A stretch of 64,000 nt of DNA from Takakia lepidozioides (lineage: Eukaryota; Plantae; Bryophyta): contig CM060731.1 of NCBI GenBank assembly GCA_030704615.1, forward strand, positions 42,594,001 through 42,658,000, given 5' to 3'. The notes under the pieces were generated by a model that was given only the letters and a program-made list of their open reading frames with translations, searched no databases and was not told the DNA's origin. Position numbers and translations under genes: made by a program. The first letter of the stretch is position 1; each line of letters starts with the position of its first letter. Positions 26,012 through 38,202 of this stretch are shown here, piece by piece.

Positions 26012-27329
26012 ATTTTCAGTTCAATATCACGTATTTAATAAATAAATGAATCAACAAATAAATAAATAAACAAGTTTTAGTGGTTGTATATTTTGTAAGT
26101 ACTTGTATGTTTTATTTATTTAATCCACTATATATTTATTCACACGTCTTTCTTTCTGTGTTTTTCGCAGACCAACGTTGTAAACTATTCCGACATCTTT
26201 GAGGATTTGTTGGAAGAAGCAAAAGCAGAAGCCAACAGAGTTGTTGAAGGACCTGTCCGAAATCCTGTACCTGGAAAAACATATCATCATTTTGTCACAG
26301 TCTCAGACATGACTTGCAGATAATTGTGGTTTGCATTCTCTCGACTTTTTTGCAGGATTTGAATCTGGCCGCGCTATTAAAGAGTTTGTCGATGATGGAT
26401 TCACCTTTTGAGAAGAATTCCGAAAGAAGTTTGGAGATGAACTTGCTACAGGTATAACATATCATCGCTACATTCCCAATAAACCACATTGGAAGCAGTA
26501 CACGTCGGCCATCCCCTGACTGCCACTCCGGCCTAATTTATTTTTTTCCCTAGATTTATTGAGTAGTAATATATCCAATCATTATTGGTATATCTCCTAT
26601 CGAGGCTCCAATCATTGTTGCAAGAAAGCCCACTTTGCTATATTTCGGGCATTTCCAGCGACCAAAAGTACTTTCCATATCTCCCACACCGTAGCTCCAA
26701 AAATCATGACACTAAGCCGGTGCACCCCTCCTCATTGAGGGTTTTCCAACGGTATCAAACACCAAGGCTGGGGCCGCGCGGTTTGGGACATCTCAAGCTA
26801 CAAAACAAAACAAAACAAACAAACGTCTCACTTCATTTATTGACTAGGGTAGCCTATACCGTTGGCCCAAGTGTCCAATGTCATCTAAGTCCAAGTGCAA
26901 TCCCCTATGTATCCAGAGACCCAGGTTTGGGATCAGATTTAGGGTAGCATGTGCCGTTGGCCGTTAGAAGAATAAAGATCAGAAAGAAACATAAATAGAG
27001 AACCAAAGTAAAAAACAAAAACAAAAGAAAGCTACTGAAAAGAACTAAGCAACAGCTCTATTTTGCCAAAGAACCGAAAGAACAAGGAAACATAACCATA
27101 CAACAGAAACAAAGAAGAAACTTAAACAAAGATAAAGAGCAAGACTGAGAGACGGTTCTCTTGTATGTAAAGAACTTGCAGAAGAAAGAGAATATGATCT
27201 TCCTTCTCCATACTTATAAGGGGAAAAAAATGAGGTTTAGTAAGGAAAGAACGAATGAAAAATTCCCTAATTGGATGAAAATAGTATGAAAAATTACTAT
27301 TTATTAACTTTATCCCACAAACTTTTTAC

Positions 27330-30300
27330 ACAGGTACTAACTCATGAAGGTCTATTCAAAAACAGATGTCGGTGCTTTGCAAATAGCTGTATGAACGTTT
27401 ATCGAGAACAAAATTTTGTTTTAATTGTAATAAATGGTGACAACCTACAAATTTTGTCGGTACATAACAATAAATAGTGCATGTGATTCATAAATGTAAT
27501 GACCAAAGTTGATACATTTATTGTAAGTAGTAGATTTTTTTTATATCCCTTAGGACTCCTTAGTGCCACTGTAAGGAGTCCTATGGCAATTATAAATAAT
27601 TATCTACATATTTTTATTTTTTCCCTCTTATGACTCCTTAGGGTTGTCCTAAAGAGTCGTAAGAGCAATTATAAATAATAATCTATATCTTTTTATTTTC
27701 CCACTCTTAGAACTTCTTAGGGGTGTCCTAAAAAGTTCTAAGGGCAACAATTTATAATAATTTATATATTTCTATTTCCCCCCTCTTACAACTTCTTAGG
27801 GCCACCATCTGAAAGTTTATTTAAAGATAGATGTCAATGCATTACAAATGGATGTATGAACATTTATCAAGAACAAAATTTGAGTAAATAGTTGTATGAA
27901 CGTTTATCGAGGACAAAATTTTGTTTTAAATGTAATAAATGGTGACTACTTACAAATTTTGTCGATACATAACAGTAAATATTGCATGTGATTCATAAAT
28001 GTAATGACCAAAGTTGATACATTTATTGTAGTAGTAGATTTTTTTTATTTCCCTTAAGACTCCTCAAGGCCGCCCTAAGGAGTCCTAAGGTTCTTTTATA
28101 TGTTCTCATTTTCCCACTCTTAGGACTCCTTAGGGGTGCCGTAAGGGCAACTATTTATAGTAATTTACATATGTCTATTTCCCCCCCTCTTACAACTTCT
28201 TAGGGCCACAATCTAAAAGTTTATTTAAAGATATATGCCCATGCATCACAAATGGATGTATGAATATTTATTGAGAACAAAATTTTAGCAAATAGCTGTA
28301 TGAATGTTTATCAAGGACATTTTTTTTTAATTGTAATAAATGGTGACAACCTACAAATTTTGTCGGTACATAACAATAAATAGTGCATGTGATTCATAAA
28401 TGTAATGACCAAAGTTGATACGTTTATTGTAATAGTTGATTTTTTCTATTTCCCTTAGGACTCATTAGGGCCGTCCTAAGGAGTCTTAAGGGTAATTATA
28501 AATAGGAATTTACATAATTTTATTTTCTCCCTCTTAGGACTCCTTAGGGCTGTCCTAAGGAGTCCTAAGGGCAATTATAAATAATAATTTATATGTTTTC
28601 ATTTTTTCACTCTTAGGACTCCTTGGGGGTGCCCTAAAGAGACGTAAGGGTGACTATTATAGTAATTTATATATTTCTATTTCCCCCCCCCCCCCTCTTA
28701 CGACCATCTACATTACAAATGGATGTATGAACATTTATTGAGAACAAAATTTTGTCTTAATTGTAATAAATGGTGACAACCTACAAATTTTGTCGGTAGA
28801 TACCAATAAGCGGTACATCCGATTCATAAATATAATGACCAAAGTCGATACATTTATTGTAGTACTTGATTTTTTTATTTCCCTAAGGAGTCCTAAGGGC
28901 AATTATAAATAAGATCTTATATGTTTTTATTTTTACACTCTTAGGACTCGTTAGGACCGTCCTAAGAAGCCCTAAGGACAATTATAAATAATAATTTATA
29001 TATTTTTATTTCCCACTTCTTAGGACTCCTTAAGACTGTCCTAAGGAGTCCTAAAGGCAATTATAAATAATAATTTATATGTTTTTATTTTCCCACTCTT
29101 AGGACTCCTTAGGGCCGTCTTACGGATTCCTAAAGATAATTATAAATAATAATCTATATCTTTTTATTTCTCACCCCTTAAGACTCCTTAGTAGTCCCCT
29201 AATGAGTCCTAAGGACAACTAAATGTAGCAATTTACATCTTTCTATTTCCTCCCCTCTTACGACTCCTTAGGGCCGCCTAAAGGTAATTATAAATAATAA
29301 TTTATATATAATTTATATTTTTCACTCTTAGGACTCCTTAGGACTGTCCTAAAGAGCCCTAAGGACAATTATAAATAATAATTTATATCTTTTTATTTCC
29401 CATTACTTAGGACTCCTTAGGACTGTCCTAAGGAGTCCTAAGAGCAATTATACATAATAATTTGTATGTTTTTATTTTCCCACTCTTATGACTCATTAGG
29501 GCGGTCCTACAGATTCCAACAGTTTTCAGATTTTGAGCAGATTTTCAGTTTCAATCTGAAACTGAAAGCAGATTTTCAGCTCAGCAGTTGCTGCTCAGTC
29601 AACCCCCCATTTTTCCCCTTTTATAACTCCTTAGGTTGCCTAAATGGGTCTTTAAGGGCAATTATTTATGTCTTTCCATTTTTCTCCTCTTAGGACTCCT
29701 TAGGACTATCCTAAGAAGTCCTAAGGGTAATTATAAATAATAATATATATGTTTTTATTTTCCTATAATTTATAAATTTCCATTTTTCCCTCTTAGGACT
29801 CCTTAGGACCCTAAGGAGTCCTAAGGGCAATTATAAATAATAATTTACATCTTTCTTTCTTTTCCTTCTTCCTAAAGGTAATTATAGATAATAATTTATA
29901 TGTTTCCATTCTCCCTTTTTTATAACCCTTTAGGCTGCCTAAACAGGTCTTAAGGGCAAATTTTTATGTCTTTCCATTTCTTTCCTCTTAGGACTCCTTA
30001 GGACTGTCCTAAGAAGTCCTAAGGGTAATCACATATATATTTGTATTTTTCCCCTCTTAGGTGTCTTAAAGGCAATTATAAATAATAATTTATATATTTC
30101 CGTTTTCCCCCTCTTAGGATTCCTTAGGGCAGTCCTAAGGAGTCCTAAGGGCAGTTATAAATAATTATATATATCTTGCTATTTTTCTATTTTTATTATA
30201 GGTACTAACACGTAAAGGTTTATTTCAAAAAAAGATGTCGGTGCATTACAAATGGATGTATGAACGTTTATCAAAAATAAATTTTTGTTTTAATTATTAT

Positions 30301-30425
30301 AAATGATGACAACCTACCAATTTTGTTGGTACATACCAATAAATAATATATGTGATTCATAAATATAATAACCAAAGTTGATACATTTATTATAGTAGTT
30401 CATATTTTTTCTATTTTCCTTAGGA
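27330..30425. repeat. Compound AT-rich tandem array: ~60-bp palindromic units interleaved with five ~150-190-bp units
   Basis: Dozens of cttaggactccttagg..cctaaggagtcctaag units, each followed by gcaattataaataataattt. The longer unit (atgaacgtttatcgagaacaaaattttg...gttgatacatttattgt) recurs at about 27380, 27890, 28290, 28715 and 30250. Confidence 0.92.
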
Positions 30426-30650
30426 AATATTCTTTGCTTTTAGAGTTTTCAAGTCTCTCATGATCTCCCTTAGCCTCTTCCAACATTTCTGTACATCTTT
30501 CACAGTTTTTGTCAATGTTGCCTATAGTCCGACTCTCTTAATTAATTACAGTAGAAAGAAAAAATAGATTAAAATACTTAGAATCAGATTGTTACGTGTC
30601 CTAGATGTTTAGAAAAATGAAAGTGAGACTGAATGCTGTGTGATAGATTT

Positions 30651-30655
<5 letters not shown>

Positions 30656-30688
<33 letters not shown>
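30656..30688. repeat. (AT)n microsatellite
   Basis: About 16 AT dinucleotides. Confidence 0.9.
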
Positions 30689-30692
<4 letters not shown>

Positions 30693-33600
30693 CCTGATTG
30701 TTACATGTTTAAGAGCATTGTGTAGTTACAAGTGAGTGGTTGTATAAGAGTTAAATTTTGAATAATTTTTATTATTATTTTTAATAGTAAATATGTGGTG
30801 ATTTAATTCGTACAGTAATATAACTTTTAGGTTATGACTAAGAAAATGAATACTAAAAATAATTAAAATGTGATTAAAATATAAAGATAAACTATTAAAT
30901 CTTTTATTGCTATATGCAACTTGTTCTTCCACTTAAGTCTAGAAGTGGTGGTGAGAGAGAGTGTGTGAGAGTGTCGTTCAACAGTCTAATCCTCCTCATC
31001 TCGGAAGCTTGTCGAGACTCTCAACTCCAAGCTATCCGTCTGTGCTAACCCTCCTTCCCTCACCTTGTGATGCTTCTTCCTGCGTTCAAATGACGCCCTC
31101 CACATCTTAACCTTCAGAGGAATTCCTCCAGCATCCTACTTCAGCTTTGGCTCAGCAGCTTGCTTACCCTCCTCCGTTCGCCTCATCCTTACCCCTGGCA
31201 CGCTTCCCTGGTACCATCATTGTTTGTTTCTAGTACCATTATCACTTCGCCAGGTCTATAGGCCGAAACTGTGAAGGCTTGCTCCCTCCTCCTCTCAGGA
31301 TTAACGAGCACCTATGGATAACGACATCCTAATGAAGTTACTCCCTTCATCCCTCCCAGACCACTACTAAAGTCTCTATTCTAGGACTGTTCAATTACCA
31401 CCCCAATTAATCCCAGCCGCCTCGCAGCTGTACTCGCTGCCTTCCCCCCCACTTCTCACTCTCTAACACCCATCCCACTTGATATGACTGCAGCACAGAT
31501 GTGCTCCCCCTTCCTCCAGCTATAGCTATCTCTCTCTTCTTGCACCCTTAGCTAGTTCTTCGTCAAGTGTCCTCGTCAGCTGTCATTGTTCTTCCTAAGC
31601 AGCTTTGGTAGTTCTCTCTCCTGCAATCCCTGATCCTTCCCCAGCTGTTTCTCCTCCTTCTTCTCTCTCTTCTCCAGCTCCAGTTCTTTCAGTTGCTCGC
31701 TTATCCAGCTCCTGTTCACTTTAGCACTTACCTCTTCTCCAATTCTAATCCTTTCGTCGCTCCCTTTAATATGGGACCCTTCTCTAACCGTTCCCTTAGA
31801 GGCTCTTCATCTTACAGAAACCAGCCCAATATCGGCAGGTCTCCTGCATTCCCAAGGTCCCAGCCGTCATCAGGCACAGGGTTTTTCCTCGCGCACCAAT
31901 CCCTTACGCAAAACCCAAGCTTGGCCGCCAGAGAGCCTCCTATCTTCCAACCATCGGCGTTTCGACCTCTTCAGGTTCCCATCCACCCTCCGGGCGCCAC
32001 ACTGACTACGGTCGAAGGTGGCTACCTCCCAGGGAACTAGATTTCCGCCCTCAGCAGATGGAAGAATCTCCAACAGACCACTTGGAGGATGTTTCCCAGA
32101 TGCAGTTGGCAATGAGTAGAAACACCACGCTGGTCAAAGTGGACGTTGCTCACCTCAAGGGACTCCTTCCTGATATTGAAGAGAGAGGGGTTCTCCTTCA
32201 TTTCCCGGGAAGAAAAGTGAATAGAAACGATGCCCGTGATTGGGCTATAAGGCATCTAGGGGGAACAGGTGACCTCAGGCACCACTTCTGCCATACTAGA
32301 GGGAAGGGATTCTTCTCCATCATGCTTGAATCTAAAGAGGCGGCGGACAAGGCCCTTTCCTTCAACCCCCATCTCCAAGGATTCAATGTCAATATTTTCC
32401 CTTGGTCTTCAGCTATGGGAAAATGGGAAAGTATGGAGGCCAAGAATTATTGCATTACCCTACATCCCAGACCAATACCTCTTTTTTCTGCCAGATATTG
32501 GTAATCACTTTGGAGTTTACCTGGGATGTATATCGGTCTTTGACCCGGAGATGTGCACTAAAAAACTCAAAGAGCACCCGGCGTGGAGAAATTCAACTAT
32601 TGCTTCCAGGCTCAATGACTCTGGTTTTGCTAAGATAGTTGTTACAATGCCAGTTGACACAATTTTGCCGGAATTTATTCGCCTGCCAATTGATGAAGAT
32701 GGCAATTTCTTCTCAGTCAAGGTAACTGAAGACACCTCTGCTACAACATGTTATCTTTGTGGGCAAACAGGTCACCTAAGGGTTCATTGTCCTAAATCTA
32801 AGCGCCGCCGTTCATTGGAGTCCCAGGGTGCTATTGGCTCTCAGGTGGAAGCCTCCTCGGACCATGCAGCTATCAATATCACAGGTCAAAATTTACCTCT
32901 TCACCCCTCTACAATTGCTGTTACTCTTCCCTCTCATCTACCTGCTTCAGCAACCTGGGAATCATGCATCCAACAATCCAATTCCCCACCCCTAAAAAAA
33001 AAAAGAGGATCACATAGACCCCATGCTTCTCGAGATGCAACCTCTCCCCACTCTTCTCAAGGGCAAGCAAATCCAGGCACCAGTCCAAGGCGCAGGTCCA
33101 TCCACCTCTCTGGTCCAGGCTCCAGTCCATAGCGCGGGTCCTTCGACTTCTCTGGTCCAAAATCCCCGCCCCTCTCATGAAACACGCATTGTCAGCCCAA
33201 CAATTGCTCTCAATCCGATGTTAGCCAAGATATGCTCCCAGCTTCAAACCTTCCCAGCGCTGGCATTCAGGGACCTCTCACAGTTGCTACCTGTGGCAGA
33301 ACCCAAATCCATATGCATTACCCCCCTTATCTTCAAAAGGAAACCCCTTCCATCACTCTTGGCAACAGCGGCGGAAGGGGTAGGCTTGGAGATTGTTTGG
33401 ATCACCACAACGGATGCTCACAATTTCATGAGCAGATGCCCAACAGACACCCCTGTTATGACCCTAACCGATAAAATTCAAGGTTTCCTCCAATCTTTCT
33501 CGGCGAAATACTTTCTCCAGCCACATACCATGATCACTTGGGGAGCGTATGTAGAGCAGTTCCCAGGTCTCAGTCCGACTCTCAGCCCCTCCACGCAAAT

Positions 33601-34519
33601 CTTGGCACTAATTGAGGAAACCGAGCTGATTCAAGAAGGCATCGTTGGAGATGGTCTCTGGATCAACCCACCTCCTCTTCACCAGTCTCCCACTACCAAC
33701 AAATCAATCATCAGAGCAAGGGCCTTCATCCACTCGGCGTTCACTCTCCTCCATGAAAGACTGGATACTGACATATACAACGAAAACGATCGGATGGATC
33801 TTCAGTGTGCTCAGGAGCCAGTTCGACCGTCCTACAACCCCAGAAGTGAATCCCCTCTCTCTGCCTCCTCGGACTCAGCTCCAGACATCCTGCCGAAGGA
33901 AGCTCTCCCCAAACAGCCAACTTCCATCGCGGCTGCATCCATTCAGTTCAAGGATTTCATTTTGCAGCCGACAGTGATTCTGCCCTCGCCCACCCCAAAT
34001 TCTGTCCAAGCCCTCGACCACCATGTAAGTCTTCACCAAAATCCCTTGCCATTCATTATCTTCTACCCTTCTGCTAAGTGGCTCAACTCTTGCAAAATTC
34101 TTTGTCTCAAACCTGCTTCTAGATCTAATTATAAGATCCTACCTTCCATTCCCGGGGGGTGCACTCCAGCCAATATGTACCAGCCACGTGCGTGCACAGG
34201 AGGGGGTATTTTAAACCCCTCCATGTACAACATTATACATATAGAGGGGGGTTTATATCACCTTAAATATAATCTTACAGGAGGGGGTTACTAAGTTTTA
34301 GGAGTAGTCTAGTGGTAAGGGCGTAGAATGTGGCGTGACACATTGCGGGATCAAATCGCGATGCAATGTTTTTTTGCTTTTCTTTTTTTTCTTTTCTCCC
34401 CGCGATCTGTCTCCCGCGGGCTCTCTTTTCCCTCCTCCCCCGCACCCCTTCCGTGTCAGCATGGTCTTAGTATGCCATGAGCTTTGTGACCCCCTCTCTT
34501 TCTTGTTTCTTTTTTCCTC

Positions 34520-37130
34520 TTATCCCATAAGATCTTTGAGCTTCCTGCAGCCATTGTGAAGTACAATCGCATTCTACCAAGATTTGGCGTTTGCGGAATA
34601 GTGGCACCCTTCCATGGCCTAAGCATACTCAACAAGGCCTGGCTCCGGAGGCTGAGACAGAAGCTTCAGTTCATTTTGTGGCTCCTGAGAAACCTGGTCG
34701 CTATCTCTCATTGGCGTCTGGTAGCACCTGCTGGTCCTAAGTTTGGTCATCGGGTTTGGGTTTTGATTCAGGTATGTCCAAACTGATTGATTTTCTTTCG
34801 TTCTGTTCCTTTGCGCCTCTCCACCTATCCTCAGCCTCGAGACTTTCAAAGTTGGTAAACAGGGGTATAGGCACAATTCCCTTGATAGAATTGAAGAGAG
34901 CGTCTCTTTGGTGAGAGAACCCCGGACAGTGTATCAGAAAACGAATATTGTCTTCAGGTTGCCCACACAACGGACAATTGCACTCTCCCTTTTCCTCTCT
35001 GCTTCTGTTTGCTGTTCAAAGGTAGGCTTCTTGCCCTGAGTTTAAATTTCAGTCTAGTGCCGAGAGTGGGTGGACCCTTGAGGTCATCCAAGATGTCCAC
35101 CCCCATGTCACTGACTGGAACAAGTTCAGGGAAGTTCTCTACCTAACTTCATTTTCATCAGACAATCTCATGGCAACAGACATGGCTTCAGACACTATAG
35201 CCTCTAAGTCAGATTTATCCAGCAGGGTCAAGACTTGCGGATCCAGGTCAAGGTCCTTGAGAATCTTTTCTACTCTCTTCTGCCAGGACTTCGCCTATTT
35301 GACAGGGTTTAGGGTTTCCAAGATATAGAGTCGATTAACTTAGGATATCTGGTGTTGGGCATATGTTGCAGCTGACCCCACCATCTGACCTTGATTTCAT
35401 CTCGTCGGGAGCTTAAGGATGGAATGCCAAACTCACCCCGAACAGCCACATTGGCTGTTTTGGAGCATGCTGACATACACTCCTTAAGCGCCCCCACTTG
35501 AATGGATTCTAGAGACTTAGCCTGGTTGGAGTTATCAACCCATATAGCAGATCCGTACTCCAAGGCAGGTCTAATAACGCGAGAAAGCATGGTTTTCTTA
35601 ACCTCAGAGTTGACCCCTGTGCAGTGGAAAATTTAGTGAGCCCCAGAGCTTTGCCCATTTGGTGAGAGAACCCCAGACAGTGTATCAGAAAATGAATATT
35701 GTCTTCAGATTGCCCACACAATGGGCAGTGCACTCCCCCTTTCCTCTCTGCTTCTGTTTGTTGTTCAAAGGTAGGCTTCCTGCCCTGAGTTTAAATTTCA
35801 GTCTAGTGCCGAGAGTGGGTGGACCCTTGAGGTCATCCAAGATGTCCACCCCCATGTCACTGACTGGAACAAGTTCAGGGAAGTTCTCTACCTAACTTCA
35901 TTTTCATCAGACAATCTCATGGCAACAGACATGGCTTCAGACACTACAGCCTCTAAGTCAGATTTATCCAGCAGGGTCAAGACTTGCGGATCCAAGTCAA
36001 GGTCCTTGAGAATCTTTTCTACTCTCTTCTGCCAGGACTTCGCCTGTTTGACAGGGTTTAGGGTTTCCAAGATATAGAGTTGATTAACTTAGGATATCTG
36101 GTGTTGGCATATGTTGCAGCTGACCCCACCATCTGACCTTGATTTCATCTCGTCGGGAGCTTAATGATGGAATGCCAAACTCACCCCGAACAGCCACATT
36201 GGCTGTTTTGGAGCATGCTGACATACACTCCTTAAGCGCCCCCACTTGAATGGATTCTAGAGACTTAGCCTGGTTGGAGTTATCAACCCATATAGCAGAT
36301 CCGTACTCCAAGGCAGGTCTAATAACGCGAGAAAGCATGGTTTTCTTAACCTCAGAGTTGACCCCTGTGCAGTGGAAAATTTAGTGAGCCCCAGAGCTTT
36401 GCCCATTTGGTGAGAGAACCCCAGACAGTGTATCAGAAAATGAATATTGTCTTAAGATTGCCCACACAATGGGAAGTGCACTCCCCCTTTCCTCTCTGCT
36501 TCTGTTTGATGTTCAAAGGTAGGCTTCATTCCCTCAGTTTAAATGTCAGTCTAGTGCCGAGAGTGGGTGGACCCTTGAGGTCATCCAAGATGTCCTCCCC
36601 CATGTCACTGACTAGAAACAAGTTCAGGGAAGTTTTCTGCCTAACTTCATTTTCATCAGACAATCTCATGGCAACAGACATGGCTTTGGACACTACAGCC
36701 TCTAAGTCGGATTTATCCAGCAGGGTCAAGACTTGCGGATCCAGGTCCAGATCCTTGAGAATCTCTTCTACTCTGGTGTTGGGAAAACACCTTTTGATCT
36801 CAGTCCAAACCAGGAAGTGGTCAGAGGTACCAATATCAGTTCTGTCGATCATCGAAGAGAAACACTCGGGGAACAAATTTTTGTCCATTATGATATAGTC
36901 CACAATGGAACGTTCCCCAGTTTGGGATTTCTCACGAGTCCACTGCACTTGGTCACCTCTTGTCTTGTTATTCAAGGTCAAAAGCTGAAGCTCTTCCAGA
37001 CAGTTAATTAACCGTCTGCCATTAGAATTCAGCTCGTCCTCACCAGAAGACCCAATGATATCGTCCTGATGGAGCCCTTTGCCCACTTGCGCATTGAAGT
37101 CATCTTGCAATAGCACCACAAACATGAAGA
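34520..37130 (-). mobile_element. Rearranged LINE (RTE/CR1-like ORF2) fragment with a ~750-bp tandem triplication
   Basis: Endonuclease motifs DFNAQVG, WTR, SIVDYI and SDHFLV (36780-37125) are joined directly to the post-RT region. The unit IRPALEYGSAIW...CPLCGQSEDNIHFLIHC repeats, with unit starts near 34907, 35658 and 36406. The RT core is missing. Confidence 0.85.
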
Positions 37131-38202
37131 GAAGCTTTGGAATCTGACACTTTTCTGCCCCCAGTCAATGGTGGGACAATGTGGGTGGATGGTCAACTGG
37201 AAACTGCAGCGGCAACAGCGCAATTGATAGAGCAAGGCATTGCTGATGAAGGTACCTTCTTCAATACATTTCAGCCTGAGGGCACCTTCTGGTTTGACCT
37301 GTTTCAGCCTGTTTTTCCTCTCATCCTCCTCAGCCCTGAAGCATATGTATTGAATTCTGTAAGTTAGCTCGTTGGGTGGATTTGCGGTGCGTTGGAGTGA
37401 CTTTGCAAGTTTAGGGCCGAGGTGGCAGCATGACAGGGAGGGGTAGCTGTTGATGCAGGGAGAGGATCGTGGGTGCAAAATCATCCAAGAGGGCCAGATT
37501 TGGAGCAAGGAACAGCGCTGGCAGGAGTTCTATAAATATGATCCACAACGGTGGGACAATATTGTCAACAAGGTGAGCTTTCTTCATGCAACATCATAGG
37601 GAGTTTGACAGAACTTTGTATTTAAATATGTTAGTGTGGAGGGAGGGGTAGCCGCTGATGCAAGGATGGACTGTGGGTTCAGGATCACCCAAGAGGGCTA
37701 CCAGCAGTGGAAGTAGCAGCATTTGGTCAATAGCAGCAGCAAGAATTAGCAACGTCAAACTCATCAATCAGGTACTTGCTTTTGTATACATTTCATCCTC
37801 TTATCAACGTAGTCCCTGCTTGGACAGCCTATAGGGTTGTATAAAACAGGACTTTGGAACCTTCCAACCCGGGTGCTTTGTTATTGGTCTATCAAGGTCT
37901 GATTTGAAATGTTTTCATTGCATTTTGCAGGTGAACTCATCATGGAAGAAGAGTTGGAAGTAAAAGTCCTGCTCGTTGGAGGAGATGCATCACCAAACAG
38001 GCTTGGTTCTGTGTTCACCATGCAAGGTGTCACATACAAATGCATCCGAGCAGAAATTATAGGTGATGAGCTTGTCTCAGCAAAATTTCATTTCCTTTCC
38101 ATGGGGGGTAGTGTCCTTTCAGCCAAGCAAGAAGAGAGGATGGTTCTGAAAGGGGATATTGTACACATAAAGATTTCAGACTAAAACGATGGGGACCAAG
38201 GA

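Noticed and set aside
27540-30170. CRISPR-like array (palindromic ~37-bp repeats at regular spacing)
   Set aside because: The linkers are copies of one another rather than unique spacers, the repeats are degenerate, there are no cas genes, and the DNA is eukaryotic.
24420-30945. Helitron interpretation of the AT-rich island (CTAG near 30939)
   Set aside because: No Rep/helicase coding sequence and no GC-rich hairpin correctly placed before the CTAG.
37440-37700. Two ~55-bp imperfect direct repeats upstream of the transposase
   Set aside because: Real but degenerate, with no supportable function.
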